Positions 37,534-51,069 are shown, counted from the whole stretch's first letter. The stretch: DNA of 58,832 bases, filler included, from Sphacelaria rigidula (GCA_964200075.2; 10 parts of 10 records of this genome joined end to end with filler, not necessarily neighbours in it); one strand, 5' to 3'. Notes: generated by a model from the letters alone, not told the origin. A program made the numbers and translations.

Positions 37534-38193
37534 CACACTTCGGATAAATCATGAGTTCACCTAGTCATGTGGTATACTAAATAATTCATCCAGACCACCA
37601 TGAAAAGCGTGAGAACGTGAGTAAACAAAATAGTCGACTGGATTTGTGTGACGTGGGTTGACGCGGTGCGGAAATGCTGGCCCGATCCGCGAGACCAAAA
37701 TGTGTAAGGCGCGTACCGGGGGAGAGATGGGTTGATCCCTTGAAACCACGGACTCATCCCGAGGAAGGGGAGGGGTTCAGAGTGCGAGGAAGAAAAAAGA
37801 AAGAAGTAGGCACCCCCGAGTCATACCATATAACTCACTCAGAGGAAATAGGTACCGCTGGGTTACACCGTATGGCTTGTTCAGTGAAGATATTTATCGC
37901 TGAGTAATACTGTATGATTCAGCCAGTGGAAACATGTACCGCCGGGTTACACCGTATGACTCATCCAGTGAAAACATGTATCGCTGAGTAATACTGAATG
38001 ACTCAGCCAGTAGAAACAGGCACCGCTGAGTTACACCGTATGACTCATTCAATGAAAACATGTATCGCTGAGTAAAACTATATGGCTCAGCCAGTAGAAA
38101 CAGGCACCGCTGAGTTATCCCGTGTATCTCAGCGCTGAGGTAGATGAAACTGAGTAGACTCAAGTGAACATGAGTCGAGTTGTCCGACGTGTG
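37534..38193. mobile_element. TIR element (CACACGTCGGAC family) containing a 42-bp tandem array and a nested SINE fragment
   Basis: Left CACACTTCGGATAAATCATGAG, right GAGTTGTCCGACGTGTG; array 37852-38125; S2-like segment ~37640-37805. Confidence 0.7.
37852..38125. repeat. 42-bp tandem array (~6.5 units) with A/B alternation (84-bp higher-order unit)
   Basis: CCGCTGAGTTACACCGTATGACTCA... alternates with TCGCTGAGTAATACTG.ATGACTCAGCCAGT. Confidence 0.93.
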
Positions 38194-38749
38194 AAAGACA
38201 TTCAACACACAATCCTCCGATTCTGCTTGACGGACGTCCACGTCATGGGTGCAGCAGCGTAGGAATGAACACAAAAAAGTAAAGCAATATGAGGGGGGGT
38301 ACATGGATATTTTCAATCGACGCGGCTTCGCGAAAATGTTCCCCACGTCCGATATGTTTGGTCGGTAGCAGGTAGGCCTGAAGATTTTTCTTAAGGTTCT
38401 CGTCGAGCCACCGATGGCGTTCGTCTCTTTTCATCGTTCTAGTTTTTTTTTTTCTTGTCTTTCACATCTCTCGAGTCAGTCATGTCGTGTGTGTCTTTGG
38501 GTTCGAGCCGTGGCAACACGTTTTTTCCTCGTGTGCCTTTAGAAAATGTTTGGTTTGGTCATGGTAGAACACGGTGTGTAACACCCGTACGGGGTATATC
38601 ACCCCCTCAACAACACCCCAGGATGATCGATTTCCGGAGTTGTTTATACACTGGCCAGTGAGGACAGCAGGTTACGGGATACAATCCCGACATATACGAC
38701 CTGGTGGCCGTCCTGGAAGACGTGAGGATGTCAGTAGCCAAAAAATACC

Positions 38750-39012
38750 CAACGGCTGACACTTTCTACGATAGCCCCCCCAAAACCAGCCCAAAAGTGT
38801 TACAGAAAAATGACCATACAGCGCCTGATGTTTGGAATCAGGCTGCATGGAACGCCTCGTATTGGCGATATTGGCTAGGATGAACCCAAGCGTTGGAATT
38901 TCCAGCTGCTCGTTGTGTTCGGCTTTTTCCATTTAGATGTACGTGAAGATTTTGCCCTCCAAAACCATGCACTTTTGGGGGGGGGGGCTATCGTAGAAAG
39001 TCTCGGCTGTCG
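38750..39012. mobile_element. MITE family M3 (related internal sequence ~16280-16450 reverse and ~35440-35650)
   Basis: TIR ACTTTCTACGATAGCCCCCCC / GGGGGGGCTATCGTAGAAAGT. Confidence 0.8.
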
Positions 39013-39299
39013 ACGCGGTGCGGGAGTGGTGATAGTCATGATCCAATCATTGATGACGAAATATCGGGGCAGGTATCGGGGAAAGGATGTATCCATTCAC
39101 GGGTTCGTATCGAGAACCGGGAAGAGATAAATAGATGTGTAACAAAAGTGAGGGGGCGCCTCATAGTTCTGTATGGTGTGCGTTGTATATCATCCCTTAT
39201 GTAGATGTCATCCCCTAGTGTTAGATCTACATTCCTCCAATTATCATCACCCCGTGGTGCTACACGCTATGCCCTCCGGTACCCCTGTCTCGAGGTGCA

Positions 39300-39642
39300 T
39301 GCTGCTGTACCGCAGTGATCTAAGCGTACACAACTGACATCATTTATTAGGTCGCAAAATACAGGTTCGATCCCTGTCGGACGAAGTTTTTTTCTTTTCT
39401 GACAAGCATATGATTTCCGTTGCTAAAAACTTGAATATGTGAGAACTTGCACTAAAAATAGTTTTTTCAGCGAGTCAGAGTCCACGCAGTGCGGGAGGGC
39501 TGATCTTATCTGCTATATACCAAATTTCAAGGTGTGTGCAGTACCCGGGTAGACATGGGTTGATCATCCCTTGAGGCGTTGAGGCGACGGAGTCGTCGCC
39601 AGGAAGGAGAGGGGTTGAGCGTGTAACGCGATAAAAAAAGAC
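39300..39642 (+). mobile_element. tRNA-headed SINE family S2 (3' fragments at 15075-15165(-), 21130-21225(+), 37640-37805(+))
   Basis: A-box-like CGCAGTGATCTAAGCG, B box GGTTCGATCCC; shared 3' part GGGTTGATCCCTTGA...GAGGAAGGGGAGGGGTT...TGTAACG plus A-rich tail. Confidence 0.65.
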
Positions 39643-40579
39643 AAGGAAAAACGCCGCGGCGTGGTGACCAAGCTTATAACATCAACGGTCAGTTTCGGTC
39701 CATGTTGCTGTTTCGAATCCCGACTACAGTTCTTGTGAAGTGCTTTTTTATTTAATTTAATATTCTCGTTTCCGTCTTCCAAGAACGAGACAACGGGCGT
39801 TGGCCAAACTAGAAATAGTTTGGTGACCAAGTCGATGGGCTGCGCGCGTGAATTTTAATCCAACGCTGGTCAATAACTAGCAAGGCTAGGCGAGGTGCAG
39901 TCCGAAGGAGAGATGGAGCAATCCCTTGACACTACGGACGCGTGCCTAGTACCGGGGGGGCGCGGGCGGAGAGAAGAACGAAGGGAGTATGAATAGTGGC
40001 AGTTCAGCATGGATATCACACGGACAGAAACACATGTTTGGGCTTCTCGCACAAACTTTACCAAGGCTTCATCATTTCCCTCTCCCCCGCCCCACGAGAC
40101 GTGAGCGAAGATGGCACGAAATCGTTTGATGCATCAGACAGTGGGGAGAAAACCATGACTATACTAGGAGGTAGCGGGGATAAGATATGTAAAATGAGTA
40201 TGCCCCCCCCACGACAACGTGGTGAGCGCCGGAATGTTGAAGTCGGCTCTATTAAGAGTAGGAACGGTGCTACGTCTCGAAAGGGATGCGTGGTCGATGG
40301 TCAAACGACCAAGGCAAGCAACAAATGAGTACGCCCGCCCCCCCCCCCGCCCCCCCCGCCCCCCCCCCCCCTCCCCACACCCCCGTTCCATTCCCNNNNN
40401 NNNNNGTGGTCGATGGTCAAACGCCAAAGGCAGGAAAAAAAGGGGTCCGCCCCCCCCCCCCGCCCCCCACGAGACAAGTTTGTCACTTGTATAATGACCT
40501 TGGTTCATTTCAATACTCTTGTACCTGTCACCCCTTATCCGTTAACGGGGGTGGCGGGTGGGGGGGTGGGGTGGTGGTG

Positions 40580-41085
40580 GTGTACTCATGATCTTGCATG
40601 CCATAGTCATATGACCATTGACCTCGCATCCCTACAAAGCCGGGGCGGAGCCCGCCGGGTTTTTTAACGACCAGGATCGCCATCAATCACCGAGCGCCAG
40701 GCTCCATGATGTGTTCGGCGAGTTCCGTTGAGAGTGAGCTGCATCATGCTATGATGTTTCGGCCCGAAGGGCACCGATGATCTTGCATATGGATGGCAGC
40801 CTCGAATAAGTTGCTTCATTTTCTGGTATCGCCTCTTCCAGAGATAGCCACGGCTTACACACTACCTCATGGGCGTCTCACCACCTACACACAACGATGC
40901 TTGATCGCCTCCTTTGCGCACAGTTGAGGTTATCCACCTCACACAGCATGATCTAGCTCGACCACCATCATGGTTACCGCAAAAAAAAAACTCCACAAGC
41001 GCGTAAGATAACGGTAACCTGGTTGCCTAGCTTACGCAGTGAGTGGCGTGTTTTACAGCTTCGTGGCCAACCGACGCCAACCCCA
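40580..41085 (-). mobile_element. R1 non-autonomous retroposon, near full length (~500 bp)
   Basis: 5' GGTTGGCGTCGGTTGG..., 3' CATGAGTACACC plus a C-rich tail; colinear with 55053-55512; other pieces at 5895-5970, 11789-11865, 19904-20032, 52795-52939, 53040-53155. Confidence 0.8.
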
Positions 41086-41253
41086 TGGAGAATGGGGGGA
41101 GAGGGCGTACTCATTTGTTGCTTGCCTTAGTCATTTGACCATTGACCACGCATNNNNNNNNNNNNNNNNNNNNNNNNNNNNNNNNNNNNNNNNNNNNTTA
41201 ATTAATTAANNNNNNNNNNNNNNNNNNNNNNNNNNNNNNNNNNNNNNNNNNNN

Positions 41254-44200
41254 CCCGGGGCCCCCCACCAGAAGAAGGAAGGGGGGGGGGGGGGGCGAAG
41301 ATCCCACAATTCCCAAAACCAATACAGCTACCACAACATCCCTTCAAATCGCACCAGTTCTCCAGAGCAATCCAGTTTCCATTCTCATCATGACCCACAG
41401 CAACACTTCAGCGGTGGTCATGGTGGCCGAGGGGGGTGGTATCCCCCGAGACAACATCAGAAGTGACGACCACTCAGTCCATGGAACCGGTCGGGACCTG
41501 GCCGTGGTATGGTACACCAACCCAATCAACGGACATACCACATTCGTTGTCCATACAACTGTGATAATTGCCCTCCTCGCCAGCACCACACACAGCACCA
41601 CACCCATCAACCAAGGAACACAGGCCCAGATCACCACCGTTTCTCAGGTAATCCGGGCTCAACACACCACCAAAAACAATCCAACCACACATCATCACAA
41701 CTCCATTATTCGCATCCAAAACACCACCTCAACCGCCATCCACCTCACGCCAGTGCAGTTCAACATATCAAAAACGCCACGCAGCATCACGAGAGCATTG
41801 ACAACTTTGTTTATGAGGACAATGCTTCCGACGATGCCGATTTTGCCCACAACGTACGGTACCATACCTCTCAACACCAACTGCAGCCGCAACTTACCAC
41901 CATCACCGAACGTCCCCCCTGCTACACATCACCTCCGTCATCCTATTACCACCCACAGCCTAACCAAGCACCAGACAACTGTCAGTATCAATCCTCCGCT
42001 GCACCACCGCCATTTCATCCACCACCGCCTCCACAACACAACCGACCCCAATCCGTCATCGACCGCACCACAGACCTATCACTCATCACAAACTCCACCG
42101 CTAGGCCAATCCCCCCATGATCCTTCCTCCGCTGCGCAACCACCGCCACACTCTTCACTCTACTACGAGTCATCCGACCAACATTCCCATTCGGTAAACC
42201 CCCATCCAACGTCAACTGCCGAGCCGCCGCGTGCTGATAACCCTGGTGGTGATGTGTACATGGCGCTTTCTGCCGCACCAGAAAAATCAGTTTTTACTTT
42301 GGGCCATTCCGATATTAGCGGCAGGGTAATGTTGCATCCAACCAGATCTGTGCCCGTTCCTAAAGCAGAGGTATGGATAGCGGATTCAGGCGCATCCCAC
42401 CATACGACTGGAGACATGACTCACGTTTTTGGTGCTCGCCCCCCTCCGCCGGGAAACGAGAGTGTTATTTTAGGTGATGGTTCGGTACGACCGGTCAAGG
42501 CTGTCGGTAGTCTCAAATCAAGATTTTATCAAGCACGTTCGAACAACTCTCCCCATGTTGATGCAGTGTGTGTACTGCTGACGGATGTGTAGGTTTTGGA
42601 GGGTATTCAGTTCAACCTATTCTCTATCGACAGGGCCCTAAAGAGCCAACAAGTCATCTGCGATAAAGTACGTGTGCATCTATCCGACGGCAAACTACGG
42701 TTTGACTGCACTGAGCGTTCCTCGTCACAACAATATGCTTCACGCCTACCGTCAACCTACGGACAGATGCCCTTAGTTACGCCTGTTGTTGCGGCCAGGA
42801 AAGATACTATTTCTGTTTCTACTTCACAGCAAGCGAGTGTCAGTGACATTCCCCTGATTTCTGATTCCGGACCCCAAGGAGCTAGTGTTTGTAATATACC
42901 CCCGGGTTCTGCTTCTGTCCCCCCGCAAAAGAATGTCAACAGTATTCCCCCCCGTCTGCCCCCGATTGATGTTAATTCTACTGTTGCTTCAGCGCTGTAT
43001 GTTGTTCCCAGGCTACCACAATTCGATCTCAGCTTGTTTTCTGAACAGCAGCTACTGTTGGGAATAGAGAGTATTTCCCTCGATGATATTTTCTCTCCAT
43101 TTTTGAGTCTCGAAGAGTTGAGTGAGAGGGAGAGAGCACATATGGCTTTTGCAGTACTGGCACCCAGCCGAGGATCCTTCACGGGTGGCAAACCACAAAG
43201 CCGAGTAGACATCATTTTTTTTCGTGTACCCCTCTACCACGCGAACGAGACCATCCTCCGAGCTACTGCCGCCCAGCGGGGCATCATCCTCACAGGAAAA
43301 CTGGAACTGTGCGAGGGATGCTTCGAGGGTAAGGGACGACGGGCCGGTATTCTTCACTCGGGCTTGCGGGCTTTGACGGCCCTCGGCATCGTGCACCTCG
43401 ATCTCACCGGACCCCATACACGTACTCTGGGAGGGTACATGTACATGCTGGCCTGCGTTGACAGTAAATCTCGTTTGATAATGCTGTACGGGCTAGCACG
43501 GAAGGCGGACGCCTTGGCGATGGTGAAACGCTACCTCGCTGACATCAACCGCTTCGGTATCCCGCGCTGCTTCCGCATCGACAACGGTGGTGAGTTTCTT
43601 TCCCAGGAATTCATCGACTTCTGCGACAACACCAGCATCCGCCGCGAGACCACCGCGCCTAATACCCCAAAGCAGAACGCGGTCGCTGAAAGCGCAATCT
43701 GATGCACGATGAAGGCCGGGCACGCCGCGCGCTGCGAGGCGTCACGACTGTTCCCTGACATCAATGTTGCCGAGGTTCCTCACATGGGCGGCAACTTGGA
43801 TCGTCTATGGGTAGAGGTCACCGTCTACGCAGCTGATGGTTTCAATCGCTCCGCAACTACGGCCAACCACGGCAAACTGCCGCCGTACCAGGTCTTCACC
43901 GGCCGAGAGCCACGTACTCAAATCGTACCTTTTCCACAGCCCGGTATGATGCGCGTCACCCGAAGATCGATGATGGACGTCCAAGTTGTGCGCTGCTTCT
44001 ACCTCAACAACGGCAGCAATCACTCCTCAACAACCGTCAAGGTCCTCAAGGCCGACACAGGTGCCGTTTGCTATACCAACAACGTGGCGTGGACGGTACC
44101 TCGTCAACCCTTTTCCAAACTGGCGCCGCCCGACGTCGCAGGGGAGGGGGGGGGGTGGGGGGGAGGAACAGCAAATATCCCGCCGCCGACACCGCCGCAC

Positions 44201-46455
44201 CGGCACTACCGCAACCTTTCCCCGCTGCCGCATCACTGTGGCTACCACCTACCACCGCCGCCGACACTACACCCTCAACTCCCGCTCCCACCATTCCAAA
44301 CTCCAGTCATTCCACTCCCGCTCCGACCATTCCAAAATCTAGTCATCCCACTCCCGCTCCGACCATTCCGAAATCCAGACATTCCATTCCCGCTCCGACC
44401 ATGCCGAGACCCACTACTTTTCAACATGCTCCGACCATCCCGAGACCGACACATTCTTTCCCCGCTCCGATCTTTCCGAGATTTACGCCTCTCAAAATCA
44501 TCGCCCAACAACCGCGCCACACACGACCACGTTCTACCTTTACAACCCAGCGGTCGCAATCATCACCCATTTGTCCATATCCAATTTTTCAATAATTTAC
44601 GAGTACCATCACCAATATCATCGGCAACAGCATCTCCACTACCATCAACAACCAACGAACAAAATGTTTCGTTTTCATCAATCCCGCCGAGAGTCGTCAG
44701 GGAACTTGATCTCGAAACAGATCTAAGACAGCCAGGGAGGACACGCTCGGGTACAGCACAATATCTGTCTTGAAGAACTACGTCAACATCACTCATCAAT
44801 CAAGACTTGAGCCTATTTTTACAACTAGACAAACAATGCTTGCTGTCCGCCGATCTTACTCGCGGTGCAGTAGAGGTTAGAAGGAAACGGAACTACAATA
44901 CAGGGGGGCAAAAGAGTATCTAGTTCCGAGACGCAACGATGCTGGAAACGCGAGAGGACATCAGGGGCGCCATGGGGGAACAACATGCGCTGCGCACGAC
45001 ATCGAACATTCCACAGATTCCAGTGAAAGGCGCAGCTGGTTCATAATTATATTAACGCGAAATGGGTCTATACTTGGAAGGCTGACGAGTTTGGGTCGGC
45101 TACTGAAGCGAAATCAAGACTGGTTGCAATAGGTGATATGCAACGAGCAGATAGATACAGAATTTGGTGAATTATATGCTCCAACTGTAGCGATTTCTAG
45201 TGTCCGTCCGTCAGCTGCCTTGGCGTGTGAGCAGGATCTCTCATTGTGTCATTTTAATGTTGAACAAGCTTTTGTGCAGTCAGAGTAAAGGAAAACGTTT
45301 TTATGCGACTACCTTCAGGTTATGGGGTATTGTTCAGAAAGGTTGTGAAATTGAAGGAGAGCCTTTATGGTCTCAGACAAGCGCCCAGCTAATGGCACAA
45401 TTGCTTGGCAGCAAGGTTGAAAAGTCTTGGATTCACGCAATGTATGGCGGACCCATGCGTTTTTTGTTTTATCGAGGAGGAAAAAGTATATATTACGTTG
45501 ATGGTACATGTAGATGATATCCTCGCAGTAGGAAGTGTGGAAAGATGTAATAGATTTGGTGAGGACCCAAACAAAATGGTACCGATCAAGAATCTGAATG
45601 AACTGCGGTGGTATTTGGGACTATATTACGAGAGAGATTTGGAAAGGGGGGCGCTGAGTATTTCACAACAAACGTTTGCAGAGGGGTTGGCACAAAACTT
45701 CAATGTTGAGGAGGGTAACAGTATTCCGATGGGGCCTGGTGTGAAGCTTGAAGAGTTCAGAGACGACGAAGAGCCAACGAAATTGCCGTTCAGAAAACTG
45801 GTGGGGTCACTCATGTGGCTGGCCACTCAAACACGGCCAGATATACCTAATGCAGTGCGAGCAGTAGCAAGGTATTGTGCGTGTCCCAGGATCCTTAATT
45901 GGCGTGCCGCTGTTGGTATTTTGGGATATGTGAAACGGACCAGTGCACTCGGGATCACCTACCGTAGAGGAAGTTTGCGGGGACTGAGCTTTCAGGCATT
46001 TGCTGATGCTTATTACGCCAGAAAGGCAGTGGACAGGCGTTCGGTATTTGAGGGCTCATCATGTGTGGGGCGGATGTGTTTCTTGGTTCTCTAGAACGCA
46101 CAAATGCGTAACGCTGTCTACATCGGAGGCAGAGTACGTAGCCATGACTGACGTGTTGAAGGAGGCAATGGTTCTCAGACAGGTATGGAAATTCATGTTG
46201 CCCCGGGCTTGAGTACCGTATATTCCGTTGTTCGAGGACAATCAGGGAGCCATCCAACTAGCACAGAATCCCATAATCAACTCGAACTCTCAGCACATCG
46301 ACGTTAGATATCACTTGAACAGAGAAATAGTGTCGAGGAAAAAGATTTTGATTATTCACGTAAGGTCGGAATATCAACATGCTGACTTCTTGACAAAGGT
46401 GTTACCCACAGAGGTCTTTGAATTCCATCGTGATTATTTTATGAGTATTGTGTGA
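41254..46455 (+). mobile_element. Degenerate Ty1/Copia LTR retrotransposon (gag remnant-PR-INT-RT-RNaseH)
   Basis: WIADSGASHHTTGD protease; VHLDLTGP, RIDNGGEF, APNTPKQNAVAE integrase; KWVYTWK, KSRLVAIGD, SLYGLRQAP, VHVDDIL, LVGSLMWLATQTRPDI RT; LSTSEAEYVA, EDNQGAI, HIDVRYH RNase H; Copia domain order; many stops and frameshifts. Confidence 0.96.
44270..44475 (+). repeat. 36-bp tandem repeat in the Copia INT-RT linker (TPAPTIPKSSHP-like 12-aa units)
   Basis: CCCGCTCCGACCAT-like motif recurring at ~36 nt, about 6 units. Confidence 0.9.
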
Positions 46456-46708
46456 ACTATTGGGGTATTTGATGATGTGAATCCTTTTGACTTGAAGTTT
46501 GCATGGAATATATTGCCGTGAAAGGGAGAGTGGTATGATCAAGGGGGGCATAAATTCTTGGAGGTACTCTTTTCTGGGTAAATTGTTCCTTTATATTAAA
46601 TAATTGTGGAGTTTGAGCATGGCTTAAGATACCTTCATTTTTGTGTCGGATTGCTATTTTTCCGTTCCGGTTTTCAACAGTAAAGGTTTTCAGGTCATGG
46701 CTGGGCCG

Positions 46709-46880
46709 TGAGCAGGGGGGCTGATCGAATATGCTCACGCTCAGTCATGTACAAGAGTGATACAAGATACTGTGGGGTACGGGTAGACATCAACCATGTT
46801 GAGGTTGCGGGGCATTATCATGGTCAATCAGAGGAATCGTGTCTGATGACGTAGGTTATGCGAATACAATATACTTCACG
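46709..46880 (+). other. Possible polypurine tract and start of the Copia 3' LTR
   Basis: GAGCAGGGGGG followed by C-TG at 46722, ~270 nt after the pol stop; no second LTR available to confirm. Confidence 0.4.
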
Positions 46881-47699
46881 CGCAGACAAACGAGCGAGGA
46901 GTCATCCTACGATAGGGGGGGGGGGGTATTTTGGGCCATTTGTTGCTCGAAATTTCGAGTCAGATCGTGGTTGAAAGCAGCAACGGTTGTTCGAACAAGC
47001 TTGTTGTGGATCAATAACGCTCATCCATACTGCCTGACACCGTTTGNNNNNNNNNNNNNNNNNNNNNNNNNNNNNNNNNNNNNNNNNNNNTTAATTAATT
47101 AANNNNNNNNNNNNNNNNNNNNNNNNNNNNNNNNNNNNNNNNNNNNGGGTTGCGAGGTCAGGGGTAGGCTGATTAGGGCAACTCGGCGCCTGGGTACCCC
47201 CCCCCCCCCCGGAAAACTCCAGAATTCAAAAAAGGGGCATAGGTTTTCGGATTGTTTTTTGGGCACTCTCGGATGACATTCAAATCCCATTCAAAGCGGT
47301 GAGCGATTCGAAAAACGTTCATCTGTAACATGCAGCAGCAGACTCTCCGTGAGGAGAGGAGGATGCAAACAAGCCAAGGCTGGCAGCACGCGGGGATAAC
47401 AGCGCAAAATGATTCACGTCCAGACCCACAAGCACGCATGCAGTTGAATTGCAAGCCATGGTGTACCGTACTTTGTATTTTGCAGTCGCGAATTGCCGTT
47501 TGTTTGCTATTTTTGATTCCAGATGTGCGATGAAGCGAGAAACCTGGCATATATCTGCAATATCACTTCAAGGTGTAGTGACCACGAGTACTGTACTGTA
47601 CTGTCTGTACCTGTACCTGTACTGTTGTCAGGTGCAGACCCCAATCCTACTGTCATTTTGTTCGTAATCATGTCAACAGCTTTGTTATAAACTCACCAC

Positions 47700-47836
47700 A
47701 CTAAAAATGGTATAAACATACCCGGTAAAGGCAAACTTCAAATAAACTGGATAAACTGAAGTCCTCATCACCAGTTCCAGTTAAACTCCAGTTCCAGTTT
47801 AACTGCCAGTACAAACTGGTCCAGTTCACAGCCCTA
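47700..47836. repeat. Clustered AAACTG/CCAGTT motifs ending in CACAGCCCTA (hAT-like end, rc TAGGGCTG)
   Basis: Repeated short motif in both orientations next to a hAT-type terminus; partner end not found. Confidence 0.5.
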
Positions 47837-48169
47837 TAAATGCATTGATTGCCTGGACCGCGGTGTGAACGCGTCATACATACACGTATGCATACATACG
47901 TACGCCTGCCTTTGACGGCCGTGATGAACTACCTTACTTGTTCATGTATACCTGTATACATATATAGAACCAAGGGCACCCGGTATAGGTTTGTCTGCGA
48001 AATGCCCGGATGACTCAAGCCGGCGTTCAATCATGTTCACGATCCGTTGTGGGTGCAGTACGTGTTGTCGTGCGAATGATGGAAAATTTGAAAATCGAAA
48101 ATGAAACACAAAAAGATGAAAAGAAAGGAGGACATATGACGATATTACGGTCAAAAACCAATGAACGAT

Positions 48170-48604
48170 ACACTGTAAGGAAAGTAACGTTACACAACCA
48201 GATAATGCGCCTGCGCTCAAATATACGACGGGCCACCGTCAGCGTCACATACACGGTAACGTCACGCGTTACACAATTAACACGTTATAACGCCTTCAAC
48301 ACTGGTAAATGAGCCGCGACATGCACAGAATGAAACGTTACATTCGAACGTTACACGTGTCAATGGAACATTACGTTAGACTTTACACGTTCCATGGAAC
48401 GTTTCGCATTACCTTACATGTAACGAAACGTAACATTTTGTTTCACGTGCCGAACGAACCGTGAACGTAACGTCAAACTTTCACATTAAAGGTTAGCGTA
48501 ACGTGAAATTTTTTGATGTGCCAAACGAAACGTAACGTAAACATTAAGTTTTACAAGCGTGATAAACGTAATTTGAACGTGCAAGTGTAACGTGCAGATC
48601 CCTG
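48170..48604. repeat. Dense array of (T)AACGT(T/A/G)A motifs ending in GTGCAGATCCCTG (hAT-like end, rc CAGGGATCTGCAC)
   Basis: Many ACGT-centred palindromic motifs; abrupt end at 48604. Confidence 0.6.
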
Positions 48605-50709
48605 AAAATACGAAATTTTATAGATGGGAAACTCCCTGCCCCTTGCAAAGTTTCCAGGGACTCGAGAAAAACTCTGGCACTGTTTTCTTCCAAGATGAGG
48701 GAATGCGATAAACAGCGCCTTCCCGCACCTGTTGAGAGCCGTTTCGAATGTATCGATAAAGATGTATAAGACTGTAGACACCGGAGCAACAATGCGCGGC
48801 AAGGCAAGCTAGGGGAAGTTTCGACGGACGAATGAAATTTCCGGTTTGTTGTTTTTGCAAAACCGTTCTACGTGAAATTTGACTCTTGGGGAGGCGACTT
48901 CAACCCCATTGAAGTGTTCAACATTTTTTTTCAGGATCCCTTGTTTGTTTGTATTTGAGCATCGTTTGGGCGTTTTGCAGACGTTTGAGAGTAGAATGCG
49001 GAACATCTTCCGTCGCCCAGTTTTCGGGGGATATCGAGTAAAAACTACCTGAACAGTTCGGGCACAATGTACCGATGGTTAGTATCACCCTCTTTCAATG
49101 TTAACACCGAGATTCGGATTTTTAGTTTGGCTGACAGTACCGAGTACTCCTCGCGTACTCAGAACAAGTCTTTGTGCAAATAGGCGCCTCACTCAACGAT
49201 CTGAGGTCTGCCCACAATTCGCCTGGAGAACGCTTTGCACGCCCCCCTTGTCCAAGAATTCTCGGTATGCCTTGGGTTAGCTAAAGGGTGGATCGCGCCA
49301 CGTGTACTGAGACAGAAGACAACCTCCTGGCTATGGCGCTGTGCTGCACTGTACTGAACGCTAGTAATGCGCCCGCCCATTCATGCCGACCCTACGCTTT
49401 TTATGCTGTGTCAAACTGTCTGTGCAGATCTGTAATGTACGTAGGGTAATTCCCTACTGCTTCGAACTAGCCTCCTTCGCCTTTTTCATTTTTTTCAGGA
49501 CGCCACCTGAAGGGCAAACTTTTTTTGACCGATGAAAAACTGCAGAAAAGACCTTGCAGTCGATACTCCTCTTCTTGTTCTCCATGAGTCTTCCTGGCCA
49601 GTTGAGCCTCAATAGGAAGGTGAATCTCACTTCTGAGAAACCTGTAACACTGTACGCCAAAGTGGTTCCACAGAGTTTCCACCAGATTGAGAGAATCTAG
49701 CGTTGATTGAGAGTGGGTTTTATAGTTCGCTCTAACTCGAACAATGTTTCATTCTATGTCTGTGTTTGCCTGTAACACTGTCCTGTGTTTACAGCCACGC
49801 GTCGATATCCTACTCAGGGGTGTCAGGGGCTTCAGTGCCAAGCTACTGCAGAGAGCGTATGAAGGCCTCGTATAAGGTCTGGAGGGGCATTTCGGAAGGG
49901 AAAAGTGTTACAGGCATTGATCGACCATTCCTGGAAATCCGGAGGTCTAGATTCCTGCTGATTGGAAAGGCCAAAACAAGAAAAGATAGAACGGGTGGAT
50001 TCATCCGATGGCTAAGAGCTTTCATTTGAGCTGCTCCACACCTGGCTTGGCGGAGTACTCCCCAGGAAACACCGGTGGATGAACAGATTAGGAATCTCTG
50101 TTCTTCGGGTTAAATTTGGCGAAAACCCCGTTACTTGCGACACTTCACGAGTCAGACGTCAACCTTTTGCGGGATATTATTTTATTTATTTGCCATATCA
50201 AGTTTGTGGTATTTCCACGACCATATTCATGTATGTAGTCTGACTGAATACCATGTATAAGGCCATTAAGACGAGCACTGTACTATTAATAGCATTCCCG
50301 TTCCTGCACGGGTGGACGCTGGTACACATTATCCATATATTCTAACGTTACCAAGTTATGGGCACGCGTTTTCAGTGATTCCACGTTGTGCAACAAACCA
50401 TCGTGAGCCCGCCAGTATCCGCGGACGTTCGCCTTACTCACGCTGTGCACTCGCTGTACAACTTGCTCATGTCCTGAGGAAGTTAGGAAATTTGGATAAC
50501 GTATAGCAGGGACCACAAGTTTGTGGCCCCATAGTAACCGAATGGCACTGAATATCTCAACATTGTTTCTGAGACATGAAAATCATGAGAGCGAACTCCC
50601 GAAATCCGTGCATAAACAGAGTTGGCCTCCTGTGTAGCTCATGGGACTCACGCTTCGACTGGCGTCTGACCTGCCTGTGGTACATGTTCGTCTCCTAATC
50701 CACACGCAG

Positions 50710-50766
50710 CGAAACAGGAAAGCCGCTGAGGTGGAGCATCTCTTCGAGCAGTTTCGAGTCGAACAG
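50710..50766 (+). CDS. Exon of an uncharacterised protein (RNRKAAEVEHLFEQFRVEQ)
   Basis: CTAAT branch plus CGCAG acceptor, CAG|GTAAGC donor, phase 0-0. Confidence 0.65.
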
Positions 50767-51069
50767 GTAAGCCTACCGATTATAGTACCGCTAAATGACA
50801 CAAATGCCGGGTACGCTGGACCATGATATCTATCCGTCGGTTGGATGAGAAAGAACGCGCACTGCGCGCATGTGTGTCTGTCATGCTTTGTTCGTGTGCT
50901 AAAACGTTCAGCAACCAGCGTAACACGGCAGTCATTTATTCAAGCGGTAACGCCAGTATACAAGCCGCAACGATATCCGTCGCACTAATAACAAACCCGA
51001 GGTGATACATCCCAAGTTCAACAAACGCTGTCCACGGATCCAACGCGTTTTCTTCACATTTTGGGAAAG

